64,000 nucleotides of DNA from the human T2T-CHM13v2.0 reference genome, Homo sapiens, in the NCBI RefSeq assembly GCF_009914755.1, contig NC_060943.1. The stretch is one strand, 5' to 3'. Of this stretch, positions 40,209 to 64,000 are shown piece after piece (position 1 is the first letter of the stretch; each line of letters begins with the position of its first letter). The notes beneath the pieces were generated by a model. That model worked only from the letters and a program-made list of their open reading frames with translations, was not told the origin of the DNA and ran no database searches. Both the position numbers and the translations under genes were made by a program.

Positions 40209-42948
40209 TGACACATCTCTGCATCCACTGCTTTGGAGGTGTGACTCTCCTCTTCCATCTGCACCATGACCACACAGAAAATTGTGACATACCTCTGGGT
40301 TCAGCAACCAGGTGTGTACCCAGGTCTTACCTGCAGAGAAAACTGTGACATATAACTTGGCCCAGTATCCAAGTAATGTGACTTTGTTGTCTGTGCCTTG
40401 CTTTCAGGAGAGAATTGTAACATAACCCTGGTCAGGCAACCAGGTGATATGACTCTCTGTCTGATCCCTACCCTGGAAAAATTGTGACATATTTCTGACC
40501 CAGCACCCAGGTGATGTTACTCTCCTGTTTTCTTTCTACTCACAGTTTGGGTTGTGACATATACCTTAGCCAAGCTCACAGTTGTGGTGATGACACTAAT
40601 ACCACAAACCAGCCAAAAGGAGAGTTACTGGCACTTGTAACTATACTTGGAGAAATGGGTAAATTCCTGGGTCTTCTCTAGATAATGTCATAAAGGATTA
40701 CTTTTCTTTCACATTTTATATAAAGTCTTTGGATGGTACAGAGAGTGTCATCACAAGACCAAGCACACAGGTGAGACTGTGTTTCTCATATGCACAACCT
40801 ACCAAATGTTAGCATTGTCACCCTGACCCATGGACAGTGCCCACTGGAGAGATCCTGAATTTCACAGGTGCATGCAGTCCACAGTAAAAATTCTGTTACA
40901 TGTGATCATGCCACTACAGTTAACATGGTGACTAATTTCAAAATCCAGCTCATAGGCAGGTGAAGAGTCTCTTCTTGGGACCCAGCCATTTGGAGAGATG
41001 TTGACTCAAATACATGGACTTAGGTTCACAGGTATGATTATGAATCCATACCAGGAAGAAAGTTTCAGAGAAAATTGTGACTTTCATGAATACTGTATAA
41101 AGACCTCAGATGGTACAGAGAGTTTTATAATGAGGCCCAGAACACAGGTGACATTGTGACACATGCACACCCAGCCGACAGTAAAGATTGTCATCTTTCC
41201 ACATGAATACAGCTCACTGTTGAAGTTCTGATTCTCATATTTGGAGGTAGCCAAAAGCTGGAAAATTGACTCTCATACATGGATTTGGGCTATATGTGGG
41301 TTGATGACTCTCAGACCAAGATTCAACATACCGCTGAGGCTGTGACTCCACTAAGGGGACACAGTCCACAGCATAGATTGAGGCTCTTATGCATGTATTC
41401 AGTCCACCTTTGAGATTGTAACTGATGTACTCAGACTCAACATACAAAAAGTGTTGACTCTAATACCTAGAAATGGGACATGTGCAGGATTGTTAATTTT
41501 ATCCCTACATTTTCCTGCAACTGTATTGCAACATACACCTCTGACCAGCACCTGAGTAATTTGATTCTCCTCCCTGGTGCCCAGCCCACAGATTAGATCA
41601 TGACACATCACTAGACCCAACACCTAGGTGGTGTGACTACATTTGCCTCAGCACTGCCCACAGGGAGGCATTGAGACATATGGCTGAGCCCCACACCTTG
41701 GTTATGTGACTCTCATTCCTGTGCCCTGCCATTATGGGTCATTGTGACATATTGCTATGTGCAGCATCCAGGTGATGTAACTCTCTTTGCTGGGTTCTGC
41801 CTAAAGGAAGCATTACAACCTATCTCTGTACCAATCACCAAGGTAATGTGACTCTCTTATTCTACCAGGTCCCTGCACACATAAATAATTTTTTCTATTA
41901 CTGGGCCCAGCATCGAGCTGAAGTGACTCTTCTCTTCTAAGTAGGTTCTGCTCTCAATGTAGATTGTGACATACTGCTGGGCTAAACAAGGTGATGTGAG
42001 CCTTCTGTCCAAACCCTGCCCATAGCAAGCACAGTGACATATCTGTGAATCCATCATCTTTGTGCTGTGACTCTTACTTGGGTTTGGCCTATAGGAGAGA
42101 TTGTGACATATCTCTGGGACCAGCACTTAGATGATGTGACTATTCTTTCTTCCCATGGCCATGCTTCCATGAAAGAGCGTGACTTATCCCTGGGATAAGC
42201 ACACAGGCTACGTCATTCTTCTATCTGGCCCCTGTCCACAGGGATTATTGTGGCATATCTCTGGGCCCATTACCTAGATGATGTGACTCTACTCTTCTTT
42301 CTGGGGCCTGTCCACAGTGAGGATTGTGATGTATCACTTGGCCCAGCACTTATGTGATGTGACTCTTCTCATGCTTTGGCTCTGCCCACTGGAGTGATTG
42401 TGATATGTAGCTGGGTCCAGCTCTTAGGTTATGCAATCTATCTTTTCTCTGTGAGCCCTACCCACAGGGGGCATTGTGACATATCTCTGAGCCTCTCACT
42501 TAGATGATGTGAATTTTCTGCTAGGGCTGTTTTCCCAGAGGGTATTGTGACATTTCTGGGCCCAGAACCTAAATGATGTGACTCTTCTATGGCTTGGGCT
42601 CTGCCCAAAATATGACTCATTTTTGTGACTGATCTCTGCATACATGTATTGTGATGTATGGCTGGAACCAGCACCTGCATAATATGAGTCTTCTGCATGG
42701 ACTCTTTTCAGGAGGGTATTATGAAATATCATTTTGTTTATCACTTAGGTGTTGTGACTCTCTTCTTATGACTGGAACCTGCCACAAAGGGCAATTGCAA
42801 CATATCACTTGACCCAGCACCTAAGTGATGTGATTCTCTTTTTTTGGGGGAGGGGGTCTCACATATTTTGAGTATTGCTGGGCCCAACACCTAGGGAACA
42901 GACTGCTCCTTTCTTGACCCTGCCCATGGGGGCTTTGTGACATATCTC

Positions 42949-44015
42949 TATCAGGGGAACCAGCACCCAATATTTCAATGTAGGTTCTTTTCTGTTTTCC
43001 CTAAGTGTTGGCCAGTCTGAGAAATAAAGAGAAAGAGTACAAAAGAAATAAATTTTACAGCTGGGTCTCCGGGGTGACATCACATGTCAGCAGGTTCCAC
43101 GATGCCCCCGAGCCGCAAAACCAGCAAGTTTTTATTAGCGATTTTCGAAGGGGAGGGAGTGTACGAATAGGGTGTGGGTCACAGAGATCACATGCTTCAA
43201 AGGCGATAAAATATCACAAGGCAAATGGGGGCAGAGCAAGATCACAAGGCCAGGGTGAAATTAGAATTACTAATGAGGTTCCATGTCCCGCTGTGCATGC
43301 ATTGTCATTGATAAACATCTTAACAGGAAACAGAGTTCAAAAGCAGAGAACTGGTCTGACTAGAATTCCCCAGGCTGTAATTTCCTAATCCTAGCAAGCC
43401 TGGGGGCGCTGCAGGAGACCAGGGTGTATTTTATCCCTTATCTTCAACTGCATAAGACAGACACTCCCAGAGTGGTTATTTTAGAGGCCTCACCCTGGGA
43501 GTGCATTATTTTGCCAGGCCTGTTCCTTGCTGAGAAAAAGAATTCAGTGATATTTCTCCTATTCACTTTTGCAAAAAGAGAAGTATGACTCTGTTCTGCC
43601 CAGCCCTACAGGCAGTCAGGGTTATCTCCCTTGTTCCCTGAAAATCACTGTTATTGTGTTCTTTTAGGATGCCCAGAGTTCATATTGTTCAAACACACAT
43701 GTTTTACAAACAATTTGTACAGATAATGCAATCATCACAGGGTCTTGAGGTGACATACGTCCTCAGTTTATGAAGATGACAGGATTAAGAGATTAAAGAC
43801 AGGCATAGGAAATTATAAGAATATTGATTGGGGAAGTGATAAGTGTCCATGAAATCTTCACAATTTCTGTTCAGAGATTGCAGTAAAGACAGGCACAAGA
43901 AATTATAAAAGTATGAATTTGGGGAACTAATAAATGTCCATGAAATCTTCACAATTTATATTCTGCTGCGGCTTCAGCCAGTCCCTCCGTTTGGGGTCCC
44001 TGACTTCCTGCAACA
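42949..44015 (-). mobile_element. Solo MER11 LTR (HERV-K11/HML-8), ~1.07 kb
   Basis: Minus strand begins TGTTGCAGGAAGTCAGGGACCCCAAACGGAGGGAC; 6-bp TSD TATCTC (42943-42948 / 44016-44021) inside a satellite monomer. Confidence 0.92.
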
Positions 44016-44111
44016 TATCTCTGCATCCATGACCTAAATATGTGACTCCTCTATTCTGGCTGCACCCAGCTTACAGGAAGATTATGACATTTTGCTAAGT
44101 AAAGTGTATCT

Positions 44112-44240
44112 TGTGCTGATCTCCTATGTTATTCTGTGACTAAGAATGCCTAACCTGGGGTTGCAGCCCAGTAGGTCTCAGCCTCGTTTCACCTCAACAC
44201 TATTCAAGATGGAGTCGCTCTGGTTTGAATGCCTCTGACA
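44112..44240 (-). mobile_element. MER41-like LTR 5' fragment at the satellite boundary
   Basis: Minus strand TGTCAGAGGCATTCAAACCAGAGCGACTCCATCTTGAATAG...GAGGCTGAGACCTACTGGGCTGC. Confidence 0.8.
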
Positions 44241-44445
44241 TAGAGATCCATTGTAAAATTATGAAAAAAATTTATTTGAATTGCAGTGAATAAGAAATGG
44301 AAGACCTAGGATGGGCTATTCTGAAAGATTTAGCAATATTTGTATTTGTCAAAATTTAAGTTTTCCGTTAATACTTCTGAATAGATACATTGTTTTATTC
44401 TGTCAAGTTTAAATAGATACGCTTGATAATACAAGGAGTTCCCAC

Positions 44446-45042
44446 TGTGAAAGAAAAATAAATCTCCTGATGCCAAAATTACTAATCCAATAGAAAAGTC
44501 AAGCTGGAGACTACATCAGGCAAACCTGTTTCCTATTTTATTCTTAAATAAGATAGCTACACAGATAAAAAGCTACATACCTACCTCACAATTTGCTCAG
44601 AAGGAAATTCCTAGTGAATAGATGACAGACAGAACTCAAAGTTATCTCTCTGAGGCTCACCTGAGACAAATGCAGATCTGTTTGTTTCCTCTGCCCTATT
44701 GTTAATTTTAAAATGCAGATTCACTGAGCCAGGCTAAATTGTGTATTCAGTGGGAGACTTATCAAGGACTCAAATAAATTTATTATTTTTTCTCTTATCT
44801 ACTTATGACGTGGAAGCCCCAACCTCAAGTTTTCCTGTCTTACCTGACCACACCAATGTACATCTTAAACATGTTATTGATGTCTCTTGACTTTCTAAAA
44901 TGTATTAGAAGACTGTACCCCAACCACCTTGGGCACCTGTCATCAGGACCTCCTGAGGCTGTGTCACAGGCTCCTACTTAACCTTGGCAGAATAAACTTT
45001 CCAAATTTATTGACACTTGTCTCAGGTACCTTTTGTTTTACA
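44446..45042 (+). mobile_element. MER4B-like LTR (~600 bp)
   Basis: TGTGAAAGAAAAATAAATCTC...aaagtcaagctgg...ccaccttgggcac...aataaac...TTTACA. Confidence 0.8.
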
Positions 45043-45549
45043 CAGCCAAGGCACTGCTAGCTGGTCACTACTGCACCCCAGACTTATCCACCACCATTGC
45101 AGGGACTCTGGTTTCTTGATAGCAATTGTTTCACTTCAATGGAAGATGGACAGGTGTGTACCTGAGAATGCAGCACTGAGCTCCTGGGTGATGTGGGATG
45201 TTCCAAGCATCAGCTTTCAGCCAGTCTATCTTATAACTGTTGAAAGTTACTTAGTGTAGTGTGAAGATGGGAATAAACAGCTCCTGAATGCTAACAATGG
45301 CTGTTCATTATAGGGTGACCCAAGGTGGCCATGCCATGGTTCTGGGTTCTTCTGTGGCTTCTCAGTGGCTGATGGAGTGGTTTTTTTGGTCTTGTGATAC
45401 AGGGTGTGTGTGTCTAAAGGAGTGGAGGGCAGGGTGGGGAAAGGAGGTGACAGGCAGGTTCCTGGAGGTCACCTCCTGGCATTATTCTTGTGGATTGCCA
45501 AGTTTCTTGTTTGAATTTGTTTCTTGTTAATAGTACATGTGTCCTCAGC

Positions 45550-46250
45550 AAGGAGGTGAAAATAAAAAAAAAGAGCTTGGAACAGTCTCAGCTCTGTGAG
45601 GTCTGCACAATTTATCAAGCCCAGAGAGATGAGACTGTGGAACTTCACCCAGGGGCATTTTTTGTTGTTGTTGTTGTTTGTTTTGAGACGAAGTCTCACT
45701 CTGTCACCCAGGCTGGAGTGCAGTGGCATGATCTTGGCATGCTGCAACCCTGCCTCTTGAGTTCAAGTGATTCTCCTGCTTCAGCCTCCCACATAGTTGG
45801 AATTACAGGCACATGCCACCACACACGGCTGATTTTTGTATTTTTAGTAGAGATCGGGTTTCACCATGTTGGCCAGGCTGGTCTCCAACTGCTGATCTCA
45901 CCTGATTTGCCCACTTCGGCCTCCCAAAGTGCTGGGATTAGGGGCAATTCTTTAAAGACATTTACTTTCTGACTAGCAGTCTCACCCATTATTTCTTTAT
46001 TAGGAATTTGGAAAATAAAAGAATATATGCAGCCAATCAATAGCTTATGCATTTAAATATGAATTCTTGGTAAATAACTTAGGAACTGCCTTCTCACTTT
46101 TTCAAAAAGACTCACTTTCAATGGCTGCTAATTAAAATATATATTCAGGGCAACTTAAATCTGTCCTCCTCTTGGCTATCCTCAATATCTGACATTGAGT
46201 AAATGTATTTCAGGTTACATTTTAACCTTTTTTATTATTTTAAGTTGACT
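45550..46250 (+). mobile_element. Old MER4-group LTR (MER65-like, tentative) split by an AluS (45658-45941, minus)
   Basis: cagccaatcaatagcttatg...aattcttggtaaataacttaggaactgcc...tatattcagggcaactt; ggggca repeated around the Alu. Confidence 0.5.
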
Positions 46251-46689
46251 GAGGGCTGGCCTGGAACATTCTCCTTGGTATAAATACTCCAACTATAAGC
46301 TACCTGCTCAGTAGAGGAAACTAATCAACAGCAGGGCCTAGCATAGGTCAAAGACACAAGCAGTGGGAAGCTTTTTGGGGCCTGGCTCCTAATTGCAAGG
46401 ACAGTTGCACAGGTGTCTCTGAATGCTTAGACAGCCTGGCCTTTCCTGACCCAATGCCCCCCATCAGCTTTTTCAAGCACATCTTGATCTTTTGTCATTC
46501 TGTTCTCTGGGGTGAAAACTCATCGTCAGGGCTGTCTACAACAAAACAGAAGTATCAGGTTACTAAAACCTCAGGAACAGAGATTACGGATTGGGTTAAG
46601 AGTGTGCCCTTTCTTAAGGATGGTACGCATGGAAAAGCAGCAAGCAGTTTCAGAAAGATACAGGAAAAATTGCCTCTAACGGATATTTA

Positions 46690-50811
<4,122 letters not shown>

Positions 50812-52137
50812 TTAAGGCCCTTAGCCATAGGGAATCCTGCCATGGGACAACTGACACTGTACAATTACATGACTTCTCCTGTGACAAAACCTTTTCTCTC
50901 CCAAATACCAGTATATGGTGCAATACAAAAATCGGAGGAAAAATAGATTTGTCTACTGTTAACAAGTCTATAACAATATAGACACTGAGGACCAGGAATT
51001 TCTTGCATTGAATTTACACACTCCTCAGGATACTATACCTATGGAGATAAATTGGCTGGAAAAAAATTAAATTTATTAAATTCTAATTTAATGTTGGTCC
51101 CACAATTCTCAAGTAAGATTTATCACAAGGTCCAAATAACCCTTGATAAGGAGGATAAACACATTGTGAGTCTGATCAAGAAGTACGATGATGCATGCAG
51201 TGGTTTTTTGGCTGGTTAGGCTGTTTACTGCCCTCTGACTCTACCTATAACTTTTTGGGTGCCTAATCCTTGCTATCTTCTTATATATTTTTTGAAAATA
51301 TTATGCCGGATGCAGCAGAAGGAAAGGCACAATTAAAGACCCTGCATCATGATACCTCAGAAAATAGATTTTTTCTAAGATTTTTTATTTTAGACTAAAC
51401 CTGGGCCTGACTCCATCTCACCCCTTAAACAATTGGCTGTTACATCAGGTCAGACCATGTCCTCATAGCATTATCCAAATTGCTAATATTTAAAACTACT
51501 ACCAACCAGACTACTCTAGAAGTGAGCCTTCCTAGCATTGTGGGAGCTCACCTAATGACCAGATCAGACAACTCTAGGAAGAACCCTTCCTAGTACCATG
51601 GGACCTACTGCTGTTAGCTTGCGTATGCATTCTGTGGAATGCTTTTTGGCCAAGAGGAGGACTGAGGACTGACTTCTGATTTTTTATCTTGCCCAAATTT
51701 GAACCTAGGGGATCTAGGGAGTCATGCCCTACAAACCATAAATTCTCATCAGATGCAGTTTATTTGACCCTATATGTCATGACTTACTTTTCAGTCTAAC
51801 TCTGGCATAACATTATGAGACAAGAAAAAAGTATTTAAACCCAAAATATATTTAATTGCCATATCTGGAAATTGCCCCGCAAAGTCTCTTGTGGGAAAAA
51901 TTCACATTCTGTAGAGAATCTCCTTCCCTTTTTGTTTTCCTTTCTTCCTGTGCAGATCCAGGAGATAATCAACTAAGAGCCCGGCACCCTTTTAGGTCTG
52001 ATAAGAAACATTTTACAACCTGTTCTCTCTCTGAAGTCAGCAATCTGAGAGATTTCTCTGCACAGTAAAACTTGGTCTCCACAATTCTTTACCTTAACCT
52101 AAAAATTCCCTTTTATTGATCCCCAGTCTTCAGATAA

Positions 52138-52528
<391 letters not shown>

Positions 52529-52537
52529 TGCATTGGT

Positions 52538-52864
<327 letters not shown>

Positions 52865-52997
52865 TCATTACAAAATGTATAAAAGCAAGCTTTGCCCCGA
52901 CCACCTTGGGCACATGTTCTCAGAACCTCCTGAGAGCTGTGTCACAGGCCATTGTCACTCATATATGGCTCAGAATCAATCTCTTCAATTTTTTTTT

Positions 52998-54750
52998 AAA
53001 CCATCTGTGACAAACCCACAGCAAACATTAAACTGAACAGGAAAAAGTTGGAAACATTTTCTCTGAGAAATGGAACAAGACAATAGTGCCCATTTTCATC
53101 ACTTCTATTCAACATAGTACTTGGAAGTCCCAGCCAGAGCAATTAGAGAAAAGAAATAAGTAGCGAGCCTCCAAGTTGGTAAAGAGGTAGTCAAATTGTC
53201 ACTGTTCACTGATGTTACAATCATATAATTAGGAAACCCTAAATACTCATAAAAAAGCATCTAGATCTGATCAATTCAGTAAAGTTTTAGGATACAAAAT
53301 TAATGTGCACATATTAGTGGCATTGGTATACACCAACAGTGACCAAACTGATATTTAAATCAAGAACTCAACCCCTTTTAAAGCAGCTGCAAAAAAATAA
53401 TACTAATAATTAGGATTATCCCTAATGAAGGCCATGAAAGATCTCTACAAGAAAAACTGTAAAATATGTCTGAAAGGTATCATAGATGACACATACAAAT
53501 AAAAACACATCCCATGCTTATAGATGGGTAGGGTTAGTATTGTAAAAATCATATTACCAAAAGCAAGCTACAAATTCAATACAATTCCTATGAAAATAAC
53601 ATCATAATTTCCTCACATAACTAAAAAACTCTAAAATTCATATGAAACAAAAAAGAACCTGCATAGACAAAGCAAGACTAAGCAAAACAAAAATAAACTC
53701 AAGATGGATCAAAAATGTTAAGACCTGAAACTATAAAAATTGTAGAAGGTAATACTGGAAAAACTCTTCTAGACATTGGCTTTGGCAAAGCGTAGATGAC
53801 CAAGAACCCAAAAGCACATGCAACATGAAACAAAGACAGATGAGACTTAATTAATTCTCAAAAGAAGATATACAAATGGCCAACTAACGTAGATAAAAAT
53901 GCTCAACATTACTAATGATTAATGATCAGGAAAATGCAAATCAAAACCACAATGTGATACCACCTTATTCCTGCAAAAATGACCATAATTAAAACATCAA
54001 AAATAATGCATGTTCGCATGGTTTTGGTGAAAAGGGAATACTTTTACATTGCTGGTGGGAATGTATACTAGTACAACACTATGGAAAACAGTATGGAGAT
54101 TCATTAAAAAATTAAAAGTAGAACTACCGTTTGATTCAGCAATTCCACTACTGGGTATCTACATGGTGAAAAATAAGTCATTATATGAGTAAGATACTTG
54201 CACATGCATGTTTATAGCAGCACAATTTGCAATTGCAAAAGAATGGAAGCAGCCTAATTAATGCCCATCAACTAATGAGTGGAAAAGGAAAATGTGGCAT
54301 ATACCACATTTTCTTTATATATATATAATATATATAAATAATATATAATATATTTATAATAATATATATACACCAATGAATGCTACTCAATCATAACAAG
54401 GAATAAAATAATAGCACTTGCAGCAACCTCAATGGAGTTGAAGAACATTATTCTAAGTGAAGTAACTAAAAAATGAAAAAAACAAATATTGTATGTTCTC
54501 ACTTATAAGTGGGAACTAAGCTATGAGAATGCAATGGCATAAGAATTATATAATGGACTGTGGGTACTCAGTGGCAAGGGTAGGAGAAGAGTGACGGATA
54601 AAAGACTACATATTGGGTACAGTGCACACTGCTTGGGAGATGGGTGCTCCTAAATATTAGAAATCACTACAAAAGAACTTATCCATGTATCCAAACATCT
54701 TCTGTACCTTAAAAACTTTGGAAATAATAATAATAATAATAAACAAAAAA
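52998..54750 (+). mobile_element. 5'-truncated, internally deleted L1PB-like LINE-1 (ORF2 remnant + 3' UTR)
   Basis: gacaaacccacagcaaacatt...ggaacaagacaa...ttcaacatagtac (RT region); 3' UTR gataaaagactacatattgggtacagtg...aagaacttatccatgta; (aat)n tail. Confidence 0.88.
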
Positions 54751-54789
54751 TAATCCCAAACCCCGTAAGTTTAACTTTCTATGCTTTGG

Positions 54790-56975
<2,186 letters not shown>

Positions 56976-57279
56976 TGATGGATTTACTTATAACGGTTTA
57001 TCAAATTAGCTTTAGTGCTGATAATACATTATTACTAAAGTAAAAGTTGATTTTCTCTTGAACAAAAATTATATGTATTATTAATATACATAAAATATGT
57101 TTGTTCACATTTTGAATACATTGAAAAAGAGAGAGAGCAAAAAAGATATAGAATTTTCCCATGCTCTGGGGTGGGCCTGGCTCAGCTCAGGGAGGAAGCC
57201 CTGCCCGATAAGGCTGCAGCTTAGGCTGTCACTCTTTCTTCAGCCTAGGGTGTGATCACATCTTCTATCACTCAGGGTC

Positions 57280-57860
57280 TGAGTAGGCGGGGCCTTAAAC
57301 GTTATCCAACTAGGGACGTTGGGCTGGGAACTGTCCAATCAGGCACACAGCTGGACTGGACAAAGCGGCTTCCGGGATATGGCGGGGCCTTTGTCTCTCG
57401 CTGTCGCCGGAGTCCCAGGTCTGTCTTCACTGCTCTGTGTCCTCTGCTCCTAGAGGCCCAGCCTCTGTGGCGCTGTTACCAGCAGGTATTGGAGATCCAC
57501 AGCTAAGATGCCAGGACCCCCTAGAAGCCTAGAAATGGTGAGAATGCCAGTCCGACATCCCGAGAGAGGGGAGGGGGCTGGTTGGAACTGGTGGGAAGCG
57601 GCTGTGGCGGGACTCAGGCCTCCCCCCAGTCAGCTCCACAATCTGCGCCCAGCTCGACCTCAGTCCCCTTCAGAAATAAGATGGCGGCTGCGCTGACAGC
57701 CAGACCCCCAGGAGTCCTGTTTCTTCCCTGCGCAGTGACTGTGCCCTGTCCTGGAGCCCTCTCTGGGCAGCTGTGGACCCGCAGCCCCGCGTCTCTCCCA
57801 GATTGTTCAGGGACCCGGGGAGGGTCGTCAGGGGAGAATCCTGACTCGGGTTGCGGGTTC
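57280..57860 (+). promoter_or_regulatory. CpG promoter of a ZNF91-family KRAB-ZNF gene
   Basis: GC box aggcggggc ~57284, CCAAT 57335, GCTTCCGG ~57368, YY1-type AAGATGGCGGC 57678-57688; typical ZNF91-family 5' architecture. Confidence 0.9.
57508..57537 (+). CDS. ZNF254: First coding exon (MPGPPRSLEM) of a KRAB C2H2 zinc-finger gene; remaining exons lie beyond the window
   Basis: ATG CCA GGA CCC CCT AGA AGC CTA GAA ATG followed by GTGAGA donor; MPGPPRSLEM is the N-terminus I recognise for ZNF254. Close paralogues have similar starts, so the symbol is not certain. Confidence 0.8.
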
Positions 57861-58077
57861 ATGAACGGGAAGAGCTTTGGTCTGTGGGGTTCCCAGGCCC
57901 TCTTTTTTCCCATTAAAAATTTATGGGCGTCACTGCAAAAATATTAAATACTTTAATAAAAGAATGATTCAAAAATTGTACCACACCCAGCTGTGGTTTG
58001 TACTTTTGTGGTCCATGGAAGGGGCCTGAAGAAAAGATTGTTACAAGGTTCATGATAAAGAAAACCAAATTCAATAA

Positions 58078-62865
<4,788 letters not shown>

Positions 62866-62867
62866 TC

Positions 62868-64000
62868 ATACCATATTTTCTTTATTCAGTCTACCATTGA
62901 TAGGCATTCAAGTCGATTCCATGTCTTTGCTATTGTGAATAGTGCTGTAGTGAACACCCTTGTGCATGTGTGTTTATGACAGAATAATTTATATTTCTTT
63001 GGGTATATACCCAATTATTAGGTTGCTTGATGAAATGGTAATTCTGTTTTTAGTTCTGTGAGAAATTGCCACACTGCTTTTTACAATGGTTGAATTAATG
63101 TACACTTTAACAGCAGTGTATAAGCGTTCCCTTTTCTCTGCAACCTTGACATCATCTATTTTTTTGCTTTTTAATAGCCGTTCTCACTGGCATGAGATTG
63201 TATCTCGTGGTTTTTCTTTGCATTTCTCCAATAATTATTGATAGGCATTTTATTATATGTGTGTTAGCCACATGTTTGTCTTCTTTTGAAAAGCATCTTT
63301 TTCAAGTTTTTTGTCTGCTTTTTAGTGAGGTCTTTTTTTTCTTGTAAACTTAAGATTTTTATGAATTCTGGACATTAGACCTTTGTTAGAAGCATAGTTT
63401 GCAAATATTTCCTATTATTCTGTTGGTTCTCTGTTTTCTGTGTTGATAGTTTCCTTTGCTGTGAAGAAGCTCTTTAGTTTAATTAGGTCCAATTTGTCAA
63501 TTTTTGGTTTTTTTGCAGTTGCTTTTTGTATCTTCAATTATGAATTCTCTGCTAGATTCTATGTCTAGAATGACATTTCCTAAGTTATCTTCCAGGGTTT
63601 TTTATAATGTTAAAATAAACATTTCAGTCTTTAATCTTGAGTTGATTTTTGTATATGGTGTAATAAAGGGGTCCAGTTTCAATCTTCTACATAGTGCTTG
63701 CTAGTTATTCCACCACCATTTATTACATAGGGAATTGGTTCCACATTTCTATTGTCACCTTTGTTAAAGATCAGATGGTTGTAGGTGAGTGACATTATTT
63801 CTGGACTGTCTATTCTGTTGCATTGGTCTATGAGTTTGTTTTTGTACCAGTTCCATGTTGCTTTGTTTACTGCAGCTCTGTAGTATAATTTGAAGACAGG
63901 TAATGTAATGCCTTCAGCTTTGCTGTTTTTGCTTGTGATTACCTTGGCTATTCAGACTCTTTGGTTTTATATGAATTTTACAATAATTTTTTTTTTTAGT
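62868..64000 (-). mobile_element. Old L1 (L1PA15/16 or L1PB-like) 3' region, antisense, continues past the window end
   Basis: gattccatgtctttgctattgtgaatagtgctg...gaagaagctctttagtttaattaggtcc...ggggtccagtttcaatcttct...aatgccttcagctttg. Confidence 0.9.

Noticed and set aside
57508-57696. 62-aa ORF MPGPPRSLEMVRMP...
   Set aside because: Only the first 10 codons are exonic; the rest is read-through past the GTGAGA donor.

Overview
Primate (human or great-ape) genomic DNA from a KRAB zinc-finger cluster, most consistent with the ZNF254 locus at 19p12. No complete protein-coding gene lies in the window. Left to right: (1) A CpG promoter and first exon of a dead, 3'-truncated KRAB-ZNF paralogue, with exon 1 ending at 1246, a stop-containing KRAB-A exon at 12461-12585, an intact 96-nt KRAB-B exon at 13809-13904 resembling ZNF267/ZNF720, and no C2H2 exon. 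Its introns carry a solo LTR12C and an LTR6-like solo LTR. (2) A probable retrocopy fragment and an rDNA-spacer-like segment with degenerate Sal boxes. (3) A ~27-kb diverged beta-satellite array (17.0-44.1 kb) with about eight higher-order units, invaded by AluS elements and a MER11 LTR. (4) MER4-group LTRs, an RT-less ERV1 gag-pro-IN relic and an L1PB. (5) The promoter and first coding exon (MPGPPRSLEM) of ZNF254 at ~57.3-57.5 kb, followed by its Alu/L1-rich intron. The most interesting candidate system is capture of the dead paralogue's promoter and KRAB-B exon as an upstream first exon plus a uORF-terminating cassette for the downstream gene. Repeat subfamily names come from visual recognition and need RepeatMasker/Dfam confirmation.
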